From the NCBI GenBank assembly GCA_963726455.1, contig CAVSCK010000005.1, forward strand, positions 32,001 through 96,000: a stretch of 64,000 nucleotides of DNA, in the 5' to 3' direction. Position 1 is the first letter of the stretch, and every line of letters begins with the position of its first letter. This DNA comes from an uncultured bacterium (GTDB lineage Bacteria > Zixibacteria > MSB-5A5 > CAIYYT01). The notes under the pieces are model-generated. The model did not search any database, was not told the DNA's origin, and saw only the letters and a program-made list of their open reading frames with translations. Below are positions 1 through 9,950 of this stretch, in pieces. Both the position numbers and the translations under genes were made by a program.

Positions 1-2107
1 CGGACCATTTACGTATGCGCCGTCCGAGCGCGTCGTAGGCGTATCGCACCGAGCCCTTCGATGTTACCACTTCGATCAATTGGTTACGGCAATTGTAGCG
101 AAAGCGGGCTGGACCGGAAGGGCAAAAACCCTCGATCTGATTCCCGCGATTGTCATAGCGATATTGCTCCCGGCCGCGCCGCAACAATTGGTTGAACCCG
201 TTATAGTCGCATTCTTGGTCGCGATCCATGACTCGGTTACCGTTTGGATCGAGCTGATAGTACTCGAAATGTCTTCTTCCCGAGACGGATACATCCAGCA
301 ATCTTCCTTCGCGATCGTAGAAATATTCCAGCGTGCGATCTCTACTCGAGTCCTGAGTCAACCGATCGCATTCATCATACTTCCAAATGTGAGACACGAA
401 TGGCGCTTGATCAGCGTCCGCCGACAAGACATCAACCGCTTCAATCAATCCAAGTCGCTTGCTAGCCAGCTCCGTGCTGGTGCCGTTCGGATAGCGAATT
501 CTGGAAGGAGCTCCATTACCTTGATAGTCGATCTCGTACGTATCTCCATCCCAATCAACGATTCTTCGCACGCGGTGGTCACGATCTCTCTTGAAATTCA
601 AAGTCGATCCGTCAGGAGCAACCAATGCCAACAGCGCACCTACTGGATTTCGATCGTAGGTGACGACCTGACCGGCGAACTCTTCTCTCACAAGGTGGCC
701 GGCCTGGTTATACTGAAGACTTACCGTTCCCCACTCGTTTGAGGCCAGTTGCAGCTTCTTCCCGGCAAAGACGAGCCGCGTGAAGGTACCGTCTTCATTT
801 TCGAAAGTGATAGTATCTCCATCATCGCTGATTTCAAGCCGTCCAACTTCTTCGCCATTCACCAGGAACTTCTGCAAGTGCCCCCGATCGTCGAATTCAA
901 AGGACCAGATATCCCCGTTCGGCAACACGATGCGGGACGGAGTTTGCCACCGATCATACTCAAACAAAGTGCGGTTGTTGAGCGAGTCGGATATTTCCGC
1001 CAATAGGTTATCGGAGTCGTACCGCAATCTTGTGTTCGCGCCATTGCGATCCGTAATCCGAGAAAGCCGTCCATCTTGGTGCTCGAAACGCGTAGTTGCC
1101 CCATTCGGGTAGCGCAGAGTCACAAGATTGGAATCTTCGTTGTACTCGAACTCGTAAGGCGGCTGCAGTCCGTATCGAGTGCGAATCAATCTGTCGCGGT
1201 CGTCATGCTCAAACTGGACCTTGTTGCCGCCGGGATCGGTCAAGGTCGTGGGCCGCCCACGGGCATCGACGTTGCTCTGCCAAGTCAGTCCCTCTGCGGT
1301 CGTGAGCATAGCGCCTCCCGCGAGCGCGGAAACACGCATTGGGCTTCCAGCGGCATCCTCCAACCGCACGTCGCCGCTTGCAGAGTCGATGCTGCTCTGA
1401 CAGCCATGTTTATGGAATTCCTGTAACTCTGCCAGTTGTTGACGTTTCGCCGGCTCTCGTGAAAGGGATTCTACCTGTGATCGGCGAATGATCAGGCGAC
1501 CGAGTGAGTCGGTCGTTCGCGCGGTTGTCGGTACCAGCCCGGTGGAGTGCTGTCCCAAATCGTAATCAAGAATTGCCCCTTCTTCAGATTCAACCAGGAA
1601 TGAGCCTACAGGTCCAAAGATGCGCGAGAGTTCACCCAAATTGCAGGTGGGCAGGTAGACTCGCAGCACACGCGGGTCATAGAAGCGAAACAGCAGCATC
1701 TCGCCCGCTTCCGTAACCACGGTTAGCAGGCGTCGGCAATGTATTAGCAGCGTGTCCAGGGGGAAGGCGCTGGTCAGAAAGATCGCGTAATTCTGACCCC
1801 AGGCCTCAGAAGTGAGCCAGCGGGTGATCTCGCTATCGGTAGCACAGTCGATAAGGATGGGAGATACGCTAAAGTGCTTCTCAGCATCTTTCCCCTGGTA
1901 TAGTGACTGGTAGGTGTCTCTCGAGGCTGCGAGCTTCTCCAGAACAATCTCGCCGCGCGAGGCGTCAACTACTGCAAACAGGCCCGTAGATGTCTCCGAG
2001 GCCTTGCCGGAGAGCAAGTCGGATATCGATTGGTCGGGTGCGTCATTTGCGACTGACGGAGCACTATACTTCGCCAGCCGTGGACTCCAGCCTGATACAA
2101 TGCGCAC
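1..2107 (-). CDS. DUF4123 (T6SS adaptor-like) domain fused to Rhs/YD-repeat protein; 3' end lies outside window
   Basis: Not in ORF track (no stop before the edge). Hand translation from GTG 2107 (GAGGAG 6 nt upstream) gives ...FAVVDASRG...YQSLYQGKDAEKHFSVSPILI...WGQNYAIFLTSAFPLDTLLIHCRRLLTV...LLFRFYDPRVLRVYLPTC...FGPV (DUF4123-like). It continues in frame into YD repeats (TDPGGNKVQFEHDDRDRL, YPNGATTRFEH, FYDREGRL, YRYDNRGNQ, RYAYDALGRRIRK). Confidence 0.85.
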   Translation of the reverse strand, partial: MRIVSGWSPRLAKYSAPSVANDAPDQSISDLLSGKASETSTGLFAVVDASRGEIVLEKLAASRDTYQSLYQGKDAEKHFSVSPILIDCATDSEITRWLTSEAWGQNYAIFLTSAFPLDTLLIHCRRLLTVVTEAGEMLLFRFYDPRVLRVYLPTCNLGELSRIFGPVGSFLVESEEGAILDYDLGQHSTGLVPTTARTTDSLGRLIIRRSQVESLSREPAKRQQLAELQEFHKHGCQSSIDSASGDVRLEDAAGSPMRVSALAGGAMLTTAEGLTWQSNVDARGRPTTLTDPGGNKVQFEHDDRDRLIRTRYGLQPPYEFEYNEDSNLVTLRYPNGATTRFEHQDGRLSRITDRNGANTRLRYDSDNLLAEISDSLNNRTLFEYDRWQTPSRIVLPNGDIWSFEFDDRGHLQKFLVNGEEVGRLEISDDGDTITFENEDGTFTRLVFAGKKLQLASNEWGTVSLQYNQAGHLVREEFAGQVVTYDRNPVGALLALVAPDGSTLNFKRDRDHRVRRIVDWDGDTYEIDYQGNGAPSRIRYPNGTSTELASKRLGLIEAVDVLSADADQAPFVSHIWKYDECDRLTQDSSRDRTLEYFYDREGRLLDVSVSGRRHFEYYQLDPNGNRVMDRDQECDYNGFNQLLRRGREQYRYDNRGNQIEGFCPSGPARFRYNCRNQLIEVVTSKGSVRYAYDALGRRIRKWS

Positions 2108-2173
2108 CAATTGCTCCTCGTTACCTTGGCGTAATTCGCTGACCTTCTGCCCAGACCGGGCAGTGGTCTATTG

Positions 2174-2545
2174 TCACGGTTCGCAAAACGGCTTGCCGAA
2201 TTTGCTGGCGTTTTGCAGAGCGGATCCTTGGGAGGAACCTCCCGCGGAATCACCGATCAGAACGGTCGGCAGTCCCGCCACAACCGCGCCGCCGTGCACA
2301 GTCTGGTCCCCCATACGGGCCGCCGGACTGCCTCCGATCAAGACCGTCAGTGATCCAGTGGCAATGCTGTCCGGTGGTCCTGCGCATGTGGCCATGTCGC
2401 CCAATCGCGCAGCCGGCTGCCCCCCGATCAGCACAGTCGGATATCCCGCCGACACCGGACCACCCACATGTGGTGGAGGTGGAGTGCCTGGGTTTAACAT
2501 CGGGCAGGAATGCATGTCGCCTAAACGTGCTGCCGGCTTTCCCAT
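2174..2545 (-). CDS. PAAR domain spike-tip protein with C-terminal extension
   Basis: Three PAAR motifs (KPAARLGD, QPAARLGD, SPAARMGD), His/Cys metal ligands, tail QGSALQNASKFGKPFCEP. Confidence 0.95.
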   Translation of the reverse strand: MGKPAARLGDMHSCPMLNPGTPPPPHVGGPVSAGYPTVLIGGQPAARLGDMATCAGPPDSIATGSLTVLIGGSPAARMGDQTVHGGAVVAGLPTVLIGDSAGGSSQGSALQNASKFGKPFCEP

Positions 2546-2567
2546 GTGCTACCTACAGTCATGATTC

Positions 2568-2660
2568 TTACAGGGCCGTTATCTCCGCCTCGGTTGACCA
2601 GCTCCCCTCTTTCCGCTGCCGCCCTTCCTTCTCATCTATCTTGTCGCTGAACTCGCTCAA
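2568..2660 (-). CDS. possible 30-aa small ORF (MSEFSDKIDEKEGRQRKEGSWSTEAEITAL)
   Basis: TTG start preceded by GGAG; fills the gap upstream of PAAR; no recognisable motif. Confidence 0.2.
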   Translation of the reverse strand: MSEFSDKIDEKEGRQRKEGSWSTEAEITAL

Positions 2661-2715
2661 TGGTTCTCCGTGAAGTTACGTGCCTTCCGTTTTTCCGAGG
2701 AACTTCCACTCGATT

Positions 2716-3117
2716 TCAGACATTGCTCCGGCTCGCTGACAGCCATTGCCGTTCCAGGCGGAGGAATTGGGCCCACAAAGCGTTAACGGCCGCCTCTTCG
2801 AGTAGCTGCGGCAACGGCAGCAGCAAGGTCAAGATATCCACGAAGGTCTTCCGCTGCAAACCGTACATAGCTTTGGAATATCCGCCAAGTTGTCCGCGAA
2901 TCTTGCGCGCTTGCTTCAGGGAGGTATCCCCGCTGCCGTGGCCGCGCAGATATTCCTGGTAGCGGTGGCAAGCCGGAATGTATTTATCATGCGAGTACTT
3001 GATAAATTGGGCATCGTCGGCCAGTGTCACAAACACGTCCATGATGCGCTCGAAAGCGTCCTGATCGGACATTGCCTGCCGAAACAGCAAATTCAGATCG
3101 ATTATCGTCAATCCCAT
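2716..3117 (-). CDS. hypothetical helical protein (133 aa)
   Basis: ATG 3117 with GAAGGAG RBS, 14 nt after the stop of the upstream giant gene. Confidence 0.7.
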   Translation of the reverse strand: MGLTIIDLNLLFRQAMSDQDAFERIMDVFVTLADDAQFIKYSHDKYIPACHRYQEYLRGHGSGDTSLKQARKIRGQLGGYSKAMYGLQRKTFVDILTLLLPLPQLLEEAAVNALWAQFLRLERQWLSASRSNV

Positions 3118-3131
3118 CCTACTCTCCTTCG

Positions 3132-6100
3132 TTATTTGAGAAAGACCATCTTCTTGGATTGCACGTAGTCGCCCGCCTGAAAGCGACAGAAGTAAACGCC
3201 ACTGGCCATGATGACACCTGCTGCGTCTTTCCCATCCCACTCAATCGAATGAGATCCGGCCGCAACTCTTGGAATATTGTATTCTCGGACGACCTGGCCC
3301 AAAGCGTTCAAGATAGTCAGTCGCACGGAGGCTGGACTGGTTAAGTCGAAGGGAATCCTGAGAGATGAGTTGAAAGGATTGGGATAGGCGTCGTGAAGCT
3401 GCGTCCAACCCGGCACGCCGGACTGATATGTACCTCCACTTTCGCCTGGTCGCAGCAAGCGACAGTCGAAAACCCGTTCCTCCGCATCAGGCTCAAAGCT
3501 ATACTGAAGACTGTCGGCGAAGACCGCAGTACGGAACGTAGCTAAATCCGTCAGTTCAAACTGCAGGTTGCAGTTGTCGGGCATGGCCGCCCGCAGATAC
3601 AAGGTCACCGGCTTTGACAGATCGGTCTGTACGCGAAAGCGCCAGCGCAGGCTGCTGTCTGCCTCGGATCTAAAATCGGTTGCATAGTTGTTGCCGAAAA
3701 CGACCCTAACGTATGGAGAAAATGCGGGAGCAGCCGGCAGATCGAACCTGTCTAGCCCGTCGGCAGCTCCGCGTTTGACACCCAATCGCGCGCAATCGTC
3801 ATGATAGCCGAAGCATTCAGCCCGAATTGCAAGATTGCATTCGGTTTCGTCAGAACCCGCATTCGCCCGTTTCAGGTCGCGGGCGGACATGTATTCCTTG
3901 GTCGTATACCAGAGTGCGCAATCACTACAGGTCGAGTCCACGTTGATGAAGTAACCGTCCCCAACTGCCATCGGGGCGGGCGCGTCGGTAATGAGACCGT
4001 CCCAACCTGTACCATCATAATGATACAAAGCCGCACGCACAGGAGACTCAGTGCTTCCCACCGGTACGAGTCCTCCGAATTGTCTGACTTGCGAATCATA
4101 GAACTCAATCTCGTAAGAAAACGGATTACCAATCTGATTCCAGCCGGGAAGCAGTTTGAGCGAACGATAGTCCTGATAGCCATCTGTTTTGTCGGCAATT
4201 GTCGCCGTGCCAGTGATGCTCAATACTTGGCCATTCTTGACAATCACCCAGAACGCACTTCCGGGCGACAGAGAGTCCAGAGCATCCACGTAGGTCTCAC
4301 TAACCGGATTCCAGCGCCACATTCGCCAATCATATTCGTTGCGGCCATTCAATTGGTTGCGGATTGTCCCCGCAAGGTGTGAATCCGGATCAAGCGGCAG
4401 CGTGACCATTCGGTACTTCTGTGACCCCAAGTTCGCGACCGGATAATCCGTGGCATGGACTGCAAAGACCGCTGTCGAGCATGCCACCAGACCGCCAGTG
4501 TCGGTGACGCAGAATACGATTCGGTCGGATCTCGGAGTGCCGTCATTGGGTTGGCTGACAGTGGCCTTTCCCCCTTCAATATCGACTTGGAAGTTGTTCG
4601 CGCCTTTCGCTGTCCAATGCAGACTGCTAAGATCGTTGTCAACGTCGCTTACAAGGCCGTCGAGTTCGATGCGAGCAAAGCTGTCTCCGAGCTCCACTAT
4701 CTGACCGGGAATCGATGCAATGAAAGCAGGCGGATCGTTCACCGGAGCAATCGATATATTGACCTTGCATTTCTGAGATGTCGTGTTGTTGCCGTCGTCA
4801 AGGGCCCTGAAACCAAAGGAATCCAAACCGTAATAGTCTTGATCCGGGCGGTAAGTAAACCTCGGTGTGTCATACTCGGAGCTGTCAAGTCTCCCATGCG
4901 TCGGCGGCTCGGTGATGACATACTTGATAGGGTCGCAATCCGGACTATACGCAAGCATGTTCGCCACGAGATTGTTGTCCTCCGAGAGCGTGTAGCTGGT
5001 GTCGGACGCCCTGGGAGCATCAGGTGTGTTGGTTATTTCATAGGTTATTGTATCAGAGGAAGACAAATGTCCTGTATCCTCCGCAGTGAATATCACTTTG
5101 ATTGACCCAAAGACATCAAGATCCGTAGCTTCAACATACGCGATCCGATCACTGATTGCCACCTGCAACGCTCCCCGGCAGGGAGGATTCGGAAAGGTGT
5201 CAATAATGCTGTAGGTCCAGTTCAGCAGGCTGTCGGGACCGTCCACATCCGTCGCATACTCGTCTAGCCTTGTCGGTCCGAAGCCCGAGCCTTCGGTAAC
5301 CTTCTGGCTGGGAATACCCGTGACAACCGGCGCATCATTGACAGGCAGTATCGTGAAGAATACGCGAGCAATATTGGACAAGTGTAGCCGGTCACTTGTT
5401 TCAAACGTCAGCAGGTCTGATCCGTTGTAGTCCTGGTAGGGGTGGTAGACTAAGGTCCCACGGAGAGAATCGAAGTCGACAATTTTACCGTGCGCGGGCG
5501 CACTAACGAGGGCATAGACGAGCGAATCATTTTCAGGATCGTCGGCGATCAGACTCACTGGTGTGTCCACGTCCTCATTCAGCGTCAAAGTGTCGTTTTG
5601 GGCCTCCGGGGGCATGTTCGGGGAGATCACGAGCTTCACGATTGCTTTCTGCGGTGAGTTACTTGCCGCGGCCGCCGTCACATTGACAGTGTCAATGTAA
5701 GTTCCAGAAACCAGAGTACCAACGGTTATCGAAAGGACAATCGAGTCGTCTGGCACTCCCGAACTATCAGACAGTGTCAACCATGAGGAGTGACGTGCTG
5801 CGTTCCAGGCAAAAGTTTGTCCGCCCATGTTCCGGATATGCATGGTCTGCGGGGAGGGATTCGATCCTCGTTCCCCGGCACTAAAGGAATAGGCGGTCGT
5901 GTCGAGCCTGATGGTTGGTGGCGGCACTCCGATCGAGAATACAGCTTCACCGCAACCGCTGAGATGACCGGGATCCTCGGCGCAGAACGCGATATTCTCA
6001 AAGCCCGTCCAGGTCGGCGATGGTTTTGTGATCGTGGCCACATGGGTAGTCGGATTGATGCTGACAATTAGTGCGGAGTCGCCTACATGAGTCCAGGTCA

Positions 6101-9041
6101 TTTGCGAGGGCGTGTTGTCCGGGTCACTTACGTAGGAGTCAAGCGATATAGAAGCAAATGTCGCGCCATAGGCAAGCACCTGGTTGAGAATGCCACTAAC
6201 CACGGGCGCGTCGTTCACGCAGTTTATGGTGAATGTGACATCGTCGTATCCGGTTCCTCCGCCTTTGTCCGTTGCCGTGAATCTGATCGTGGCCGATCCA
6301 CACCAGTCTTTGTTAGGAGTGGTAATGGTAGCCACTCTTCCCGGACTAATGGAGCAGATGAGCGGTGCTCCCCCACTGTGACTCCATGTGATCTGATCGA
6401 ACCGATCGTCGGGATCGGTGACAAAGCCGTCGAGATAGATCGGAGCGAATGTCTCGCCTTCCTGAATCGGCGCCGGATTGGTAATGTTGACCGTCGGAGG
6501 CACGTCGGTAACGGGGCAGTTGAAGATGGTGTCACGAATTCCGATGTCGCTATAAGAACCGCCTCCCACGAGAGGAAGAACATTAGGATCTCCAGCATCG
6601 ACGCAGGGAGAACACGGACCAAGGGAGGCGTTGGCACATGTCTGAACCACGAACAAGGGGTCCAGACTGATACTGTGCAAACCCTTCGAAATCTGGCCGC
6701 CGTAGTTGTATCCGCTCACATTTCCATAAACATCGTTGTAATCGTCGGCGCCGATTTCCGCAACATTCGACGTGTCGAACACCCCGTAGAGCGGCTTGGT
6801 ACCGGACAGGCGCGTGTTGTTGTATACAATCGTATTTCGCAGATTGAGGTGTACCTTGTTGACTCCGATGCCCGCACCGCCCTCGGTGCTCTTGTTGCCG
6901 CTAAACACGCAGTTGGCGATCGTAAGACTATCAGCCGGGGAGTATGCCGTCCCGATCACAAATACACCACCACCATTCGTGTCCGCGTTGTTCGCAAAGA
7001 ACATGGTTCGGCTGAGCTTACCTCCCGCTGCATTGACTCCAACCAACCCCCCTCCCGACCAGTGGGAGGTGTTGCTGCAAATCCGTGAATTTGTGATCTC
7101 GAAATATGACCGGTCACGGAAAGAAAGCCCACCACCCGAATCACCACTTTGATTTCCCGAAATTGTGCAACTGTCGATCTTAACCGAAGCGGCTCGGGCC
7201 AGAAGGCCACCACCCTGCTTATCGACTCCGGAGCCCACCAGACTTCCTCCGGTCAGTGTGAAACCGACGAGACTGACAATGCCAGACGAGACGGTGTCTA
7301 CCAGAACGCAGCGGCTCCCTGAAACTCCCTGAACGAATGTCGAATCCCGGCCCTTGGTTCCGCGAATCGTGAGATTCTTGTGTTTCACGGCTAGCGGGGG
7401 ATAAGTGCCCGAAGCAACCAGAATCACATGACCCGCCTTGGCAGAATCCACTGCGGGTTGAATAGTTTTGAATGGGTAGTCGCTGCTGCCATCCCCCGTT
7501 ACGTCGCTGCCTTTGGAGGCATTAACGTACCAGTTGGGACCGCCGTAAGGGATCCTCTCGGAGAGCTTCGCGACATATAGATGAGACTGGGTGTTATCGA
7601 CAACATCCGCAGGACCGGCGAAGATGATATTCCCCTGTGGGTCGATTTTGACTGCGTCCAGGTTGTCAACATTGGAACTCAGCTTTAGTTTCGTATAGGC
7701 CCAGGCTACACCGGCGGGGGAAGCCGTATTGAACTTCACGACAAAGGGTGCGGAAACGCCTTCGCCTGTCCCGGCATAGAGCCGAAATCCCGCCACAACC
7801 GCCGAGTCATTACCCTTGAGTTGCATATCCGTGGTGACTTCCTCGGCATCAGTAGCTCCGGGAAATGAGTAGGTGACTGGTGACCAAAGTTGGTTGCCAT
7901 TCAAGTCGAAGCCATAAAGAATGATCCCCACATAGAGATTCTGGGCACACATATAGACTCGCCCACTAGTACGATTAACGCGCACGACAACGCCGCCATC
8001 GAACCGCTCATCGGTCTTCGTCATGTTGGTCCAGGGACTGGGCCGGGTCCAGATGAGGCTGCCTGTTGAGCCGCTGAACTTCGAAAGCGCGACCCTGCCA
8101 TGTTCATTGGGGCCCCAACCAGTACCCCAGGTCGATGCATAGACGTTGCCCGAAGCATCGAAATCGATATTGCGGGTACGGTACCATTCGGAGATATACT
8201 GGTCGCCATTGACGTCTGTAATGCCGTAATAACTGCTCCAGATGAAGCCGTTCAACTGCGGGCTCAATTTGAGCAAGCAAGCCAAATACTCGGATGGCCT
8301 GGGACTGCCAGTGGCGACATTGATCGAATCGGCTCGCCCTGCGATGTACAGATAACCATGGTCAAATGCGACCGTGTAGGGCTTATAGCGGGAATAAGCC
8401 GCATCTGGTAATCCGGCATAGGCAGCTAGAGAGTCGCCGTTCCAGGAGTACTTGATTATCAGCAAGTTGCCGTCAGCATCTGAGGCAGGCGACGTGTTAT
8501 CCCCCCATCCGACGACGTAGACATTATCGTCCTGGTCGAGAGCAGCACCGAGGGCGCGCTGTCGATTAAACTGCTGGAAGATGTTCGGCTGGCTCCAGAT
8601 CTCTAAGCCGCTTTGGCTATTGCGCTTACTGACACAAATGCGGTTTCGGACGGAGCTGTTTTGAGCGAAGGTACCAATAACAACGACGTTTCCATCCGAC
8701 CCAACCAAAACGTCGCGACCATAGTCATTGGATCCTGATGAACTCTCAATGCTCTTTGACCATATTAGAGCGCCATTTGAGGCGTACTTGACCAGCAGAA
8801 TATCATCATTCGCGTTCAAATTGCGGCTCTGGCCAACAGCGTAAATATTGCCCGAGGCATCAACAGTCATCGCCCGATTACCGTCGGCGGTCAAGTCAAA
8901 CGTGCCGGAAGTTTCCTGCACCCAGAGGGTGTCAACCGCGGCTTGCGCGATATTAGAAGTCATCCCGAATACGAGAAGCAGGAGCGACGTCGCGGCCGCG
9001 GTTCCCGCAAACCTCCCGGCTGCGATAACTGACTTCCTCAT
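3132..9041 (-). CDS. 1969-aa secreted multidomain protein: beta-propeller, DUF1565/right-handed beta-helix, Ig/cadherin-like repeats, BACON-like domain, T9SS type A/FlgD-like C-terminal domain
   Basis: Signal peptide; VDASGNIYAVG repeats; WYVNASKGSDVTGDGSSDYPFKTIQPAV; VNDAPVV and TLNEDVDT repeats; C-terminal DAYPNPFNSS...WDGKDAAG...ASGVYFCRF...KKMVFLK. Confidence 0.9.
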   Translation of the reverse strand: MRKSVIAAGRFAGTAAATSLLLLVFGMTSNIAQAAVDTLWVQETSGTFDLTADGNRAMTVDASGNIYAVGQSRNLNANDDILLVKYASNGALIWSKSIESSSGSNDYGRDVLVGSDGNVVVIGTFAQNSSVRNRICVSKRNSQSGLEIWSQPNIFQQFNRQRALGAALDQDDNVYVVGWGDNTSPASDADGNLLIIKYSWNGDSLAAYAGLPDAAYSRYKPYTVAFDHGYLYIAGRADSINVATGSPRPSEYLACLLKLSPQLNGFIWSSYYGITDVNGDQYISEWYRTRNIDFDASGNVYASTWGTGWGPNEHGRVALSKFSGSTGSLIWTRPSPWTNMTKTDERFDGGVVVRVNRTSGRVYMCAQNLYVGIILYGFDLNGNQLWSPVTYSFPGATDAEEVTTDMQLKGNDSAVVAGFRLYAGTGEGVSAPFVVKFNTASPAGVAWAYTKLKLSSNVDNLDAVKIDPQGNIIFAGPADVVDNTQSHLYVAKLSERIPYGGPNWYVNASKGSDVTGDGSSDYPFKTIQPAVDSAKAGHVILVASGTYPPLAVKHKNLTIRGTKGRDSTFVQGVSGSRCVLVDTVSSGIVSLVGFTLTGGSLVGSGVDKQGGGLLARAASVKIDSCTISGNQSGDSGGGLSFRDRSYFEITNSRICSNTSHWSGGGLVGVNAAGGKLSRTMFFANNADTNGGGVFVIGTAYSPADSLTIANCVFSGNKSTEGGAGIGVNKVHLNLRNTIVYNNTRLSGTKPLYGVFDTSNVAEIGADDYNDVYGNVSGYNYGGQISKGLHSISLDPLFVVQTCANASLGPCSPCVDAGDPNVLPLVGGGSYSDIGIRDTIFNCPVTDVPPTVNITNPAPIQEGETFAPIYLDGFVTDPDDRFDQITWSHSGGAPLICSISPGRVATITTPNKDWCGSATIRFTATDKGGGTGYDDVTFTINCVNDAPVVSGILNQVLAYGATFASISLDSYVSDPDNTPSQMTWTHVGDSALIVSINPTTHVATITKPSPTWTGFENIAFCAEDPGHLSGCGEAVFSIGVPPPTIRLDTTAYSFSAGERGSNPSPQTMHIRNMGGQTFAWNAARHSSWLTLSDSSGVPDDSIVLSITVGTLVSGTYIDTVNVTAAAASNSPQKAIVKLVISPNMPPEAQNDTLTLNEDVDTPVSLIADDPENDSLVYALVSAPAHGKIVDFDSLRGTLVYHPYQDYNGSDLLTFETSDRLHLSNIARVFFTILPVNDAPVVTGIPSQKVTEGSGFGPTRLDEYATDVDGPDSLLNWTYSIIDTFPNPPCRGALQVAISDRIAYVEATDLDVFGSIKVIFTAEDTGHLSSSDTITYEITNTPDAPRASDTSYTLSEDNNLVANMLAYSPDCDPIKYVITEPPTHGRLDSSEYDTPRFTYRPDQDYYGLDSFGFRALDDGNNTTSQKCKVNISIAPVNDPPAFIASIPGQIVELGDSFARIELDGLVSDVDNDLSSLHWTAKGANNFQVDIEGGKATVSQPNDGTPRSDRIVFCVTDTGGLVACSTAVFAVHATDYPVANLGSQKYRMVTLPLDPDSHLAGTIRNQLNGRNEYDWRMWRWNPVSETYVDALDSLSPGSAFWVIVKNGQVLSITGTATIADKTDGYQDYRSLKLLPGWNQIGNPFSYEIEFYDSQVRQFGGLVPVGSTESPVRAALYHYDGTGWDGLITDAPAPMAVGDGYFINVDSTCSDCALWYTTKEYMSARDLKRANAGSDETECNLAIRAECFGYHDDCARLGVKRGAADGLDRFDLPAAPAFSPYVRVVFGNNYATDFRSEADSSLRWRFRVQTDLSKPVTLYLRAAMPDNCNLQFELTDLATFRTAVFADSLQYSFEPDAEERVFDCRLLRPGESGGTYQSGVPGWTQLHDAYPNPFNSSLRIPFDLTSPASVRLTILNALGQVVREYNIPRVAAGSHSIEWDGKDAAGVIMASGVYFCRFQAGDYVQSKKMVFLK

Positions 9042-9934
9042 TTTGTTACCCCCCTTTCGATCGATTTGAACTCCCCAGACTTTCCCGGTGGTGGCGGTGG
9101 GTAAGGCAGCTTGGAATCATCACCACCGCCACCGCCACCGCCGATGAGAATGATGACGGCACAAACCAGGCCGCCGCCTACAATTGATCCGCCGATTCGC
9201 TTAGTCCACCACCAAGTGGAGCGGCCACACTTGACTGCAAAAGCAATCTCCATGGTCTTCGTCGTGTCTTTCGTCCAGCCGAAGATCTTGACCTTTCTGA
9301 CCGAATCGGCGTCGGAAGGCAGGGGCGTATAACTCAGGATGGCGGAGATTGAATCCATTTGTGTGAAGGTGAGGTTCTCCGCGGGTGATTCCAATCGGAG
9401 TCTAACCGGCACATCCGACTGTCTGGTGGCAATCCGTACTTGTGCTTCTTTTCCAACACGTACTTCGACTGGCTGCTGAACGGCAGCAAATTCGAAGGAG
9501 CCAGGAGAAAGCGGCGGCAGCTGCTCCTGCATGCTTTCGCAAATCTGTTTGAGTTCGGGACTGATTTTCAGGGAGTCAAAGGGGAAATCACGCCGCCAAC
9601 TTAAGAGTTTTCTTATTGCATCTTCCGCGTCCGCCTTCTTCTCTTGTGCCCAATACGATTCGACCAGCAACAGACCGGCTCTGATCTTGACGTCAGTCGC
9701 CAACGAGTCGAAGCCGGAATCTGCGATAATCTCTCTTGTCACTCTGATTGCTTGATCATACCTGAAAAGCTTGTACAGTCTTTCCGCCTCAGTCAGCTTT
9801 TGCGCTAAACGCGTTTCAGTGACTCGAGCACTTTGTGTCGCACTATGCGCAGATGCCGCAGCGAGTAGGGCCACAGCCAGTACCAGCAGAAGCCGGCTGC
9901 CATAACGAATGCACCCTCTTGAACACGAGTTCAT
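9038..9934 (-). CDS. secreted/membrane protein with TPR-like helices, Ig-like domain and C-terminal TM + Gly/Pro-rich tail
   Basis: ATG 9934 with GGAGG RBS; hydrophobic N-terminus; WWWTKR-TM-GGGGGGG-LPYPPPPPG; 4-bp overlap with the next gene. Confidence 0.8.
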   Translation of the reverse strand: MNSCSRGCIRYGSRLLLVLAVALLAAASAHSATQSARVTETRLAQKLTEAERLYKLFRYDQAIRVTREIIADSGFDSLATDVKIRAGLLLVESYWAQEKKADAEDAIRKLLSWRRDFPFDSLKISPELKQICESMQEQLPPLSPGSFEFAAVQQPVEVRVGKEAQVRIATRQSDVPVRLRLESPAENLTFTQMDSISAILSYTPLPSDADSVRKVKIFGWTKDTTKTMEIAFAVKCGRSTWWWTKRIGGSIVGGGLVCAVIILIGGGGGGGDDSKLPYPPPPPGKSGEFKSIERGVTK

Positions 9935-9950
9935 GTTTCCTCCACTCTTA

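Noticed and set aside
80-2564. Several plus-strand ORFs (80-742, 749-1006, 1076-1426, 1914-2564)
   Set aside because: Antisense shadows of the DUF4123-Rhs and PAAR genes; no motifs.
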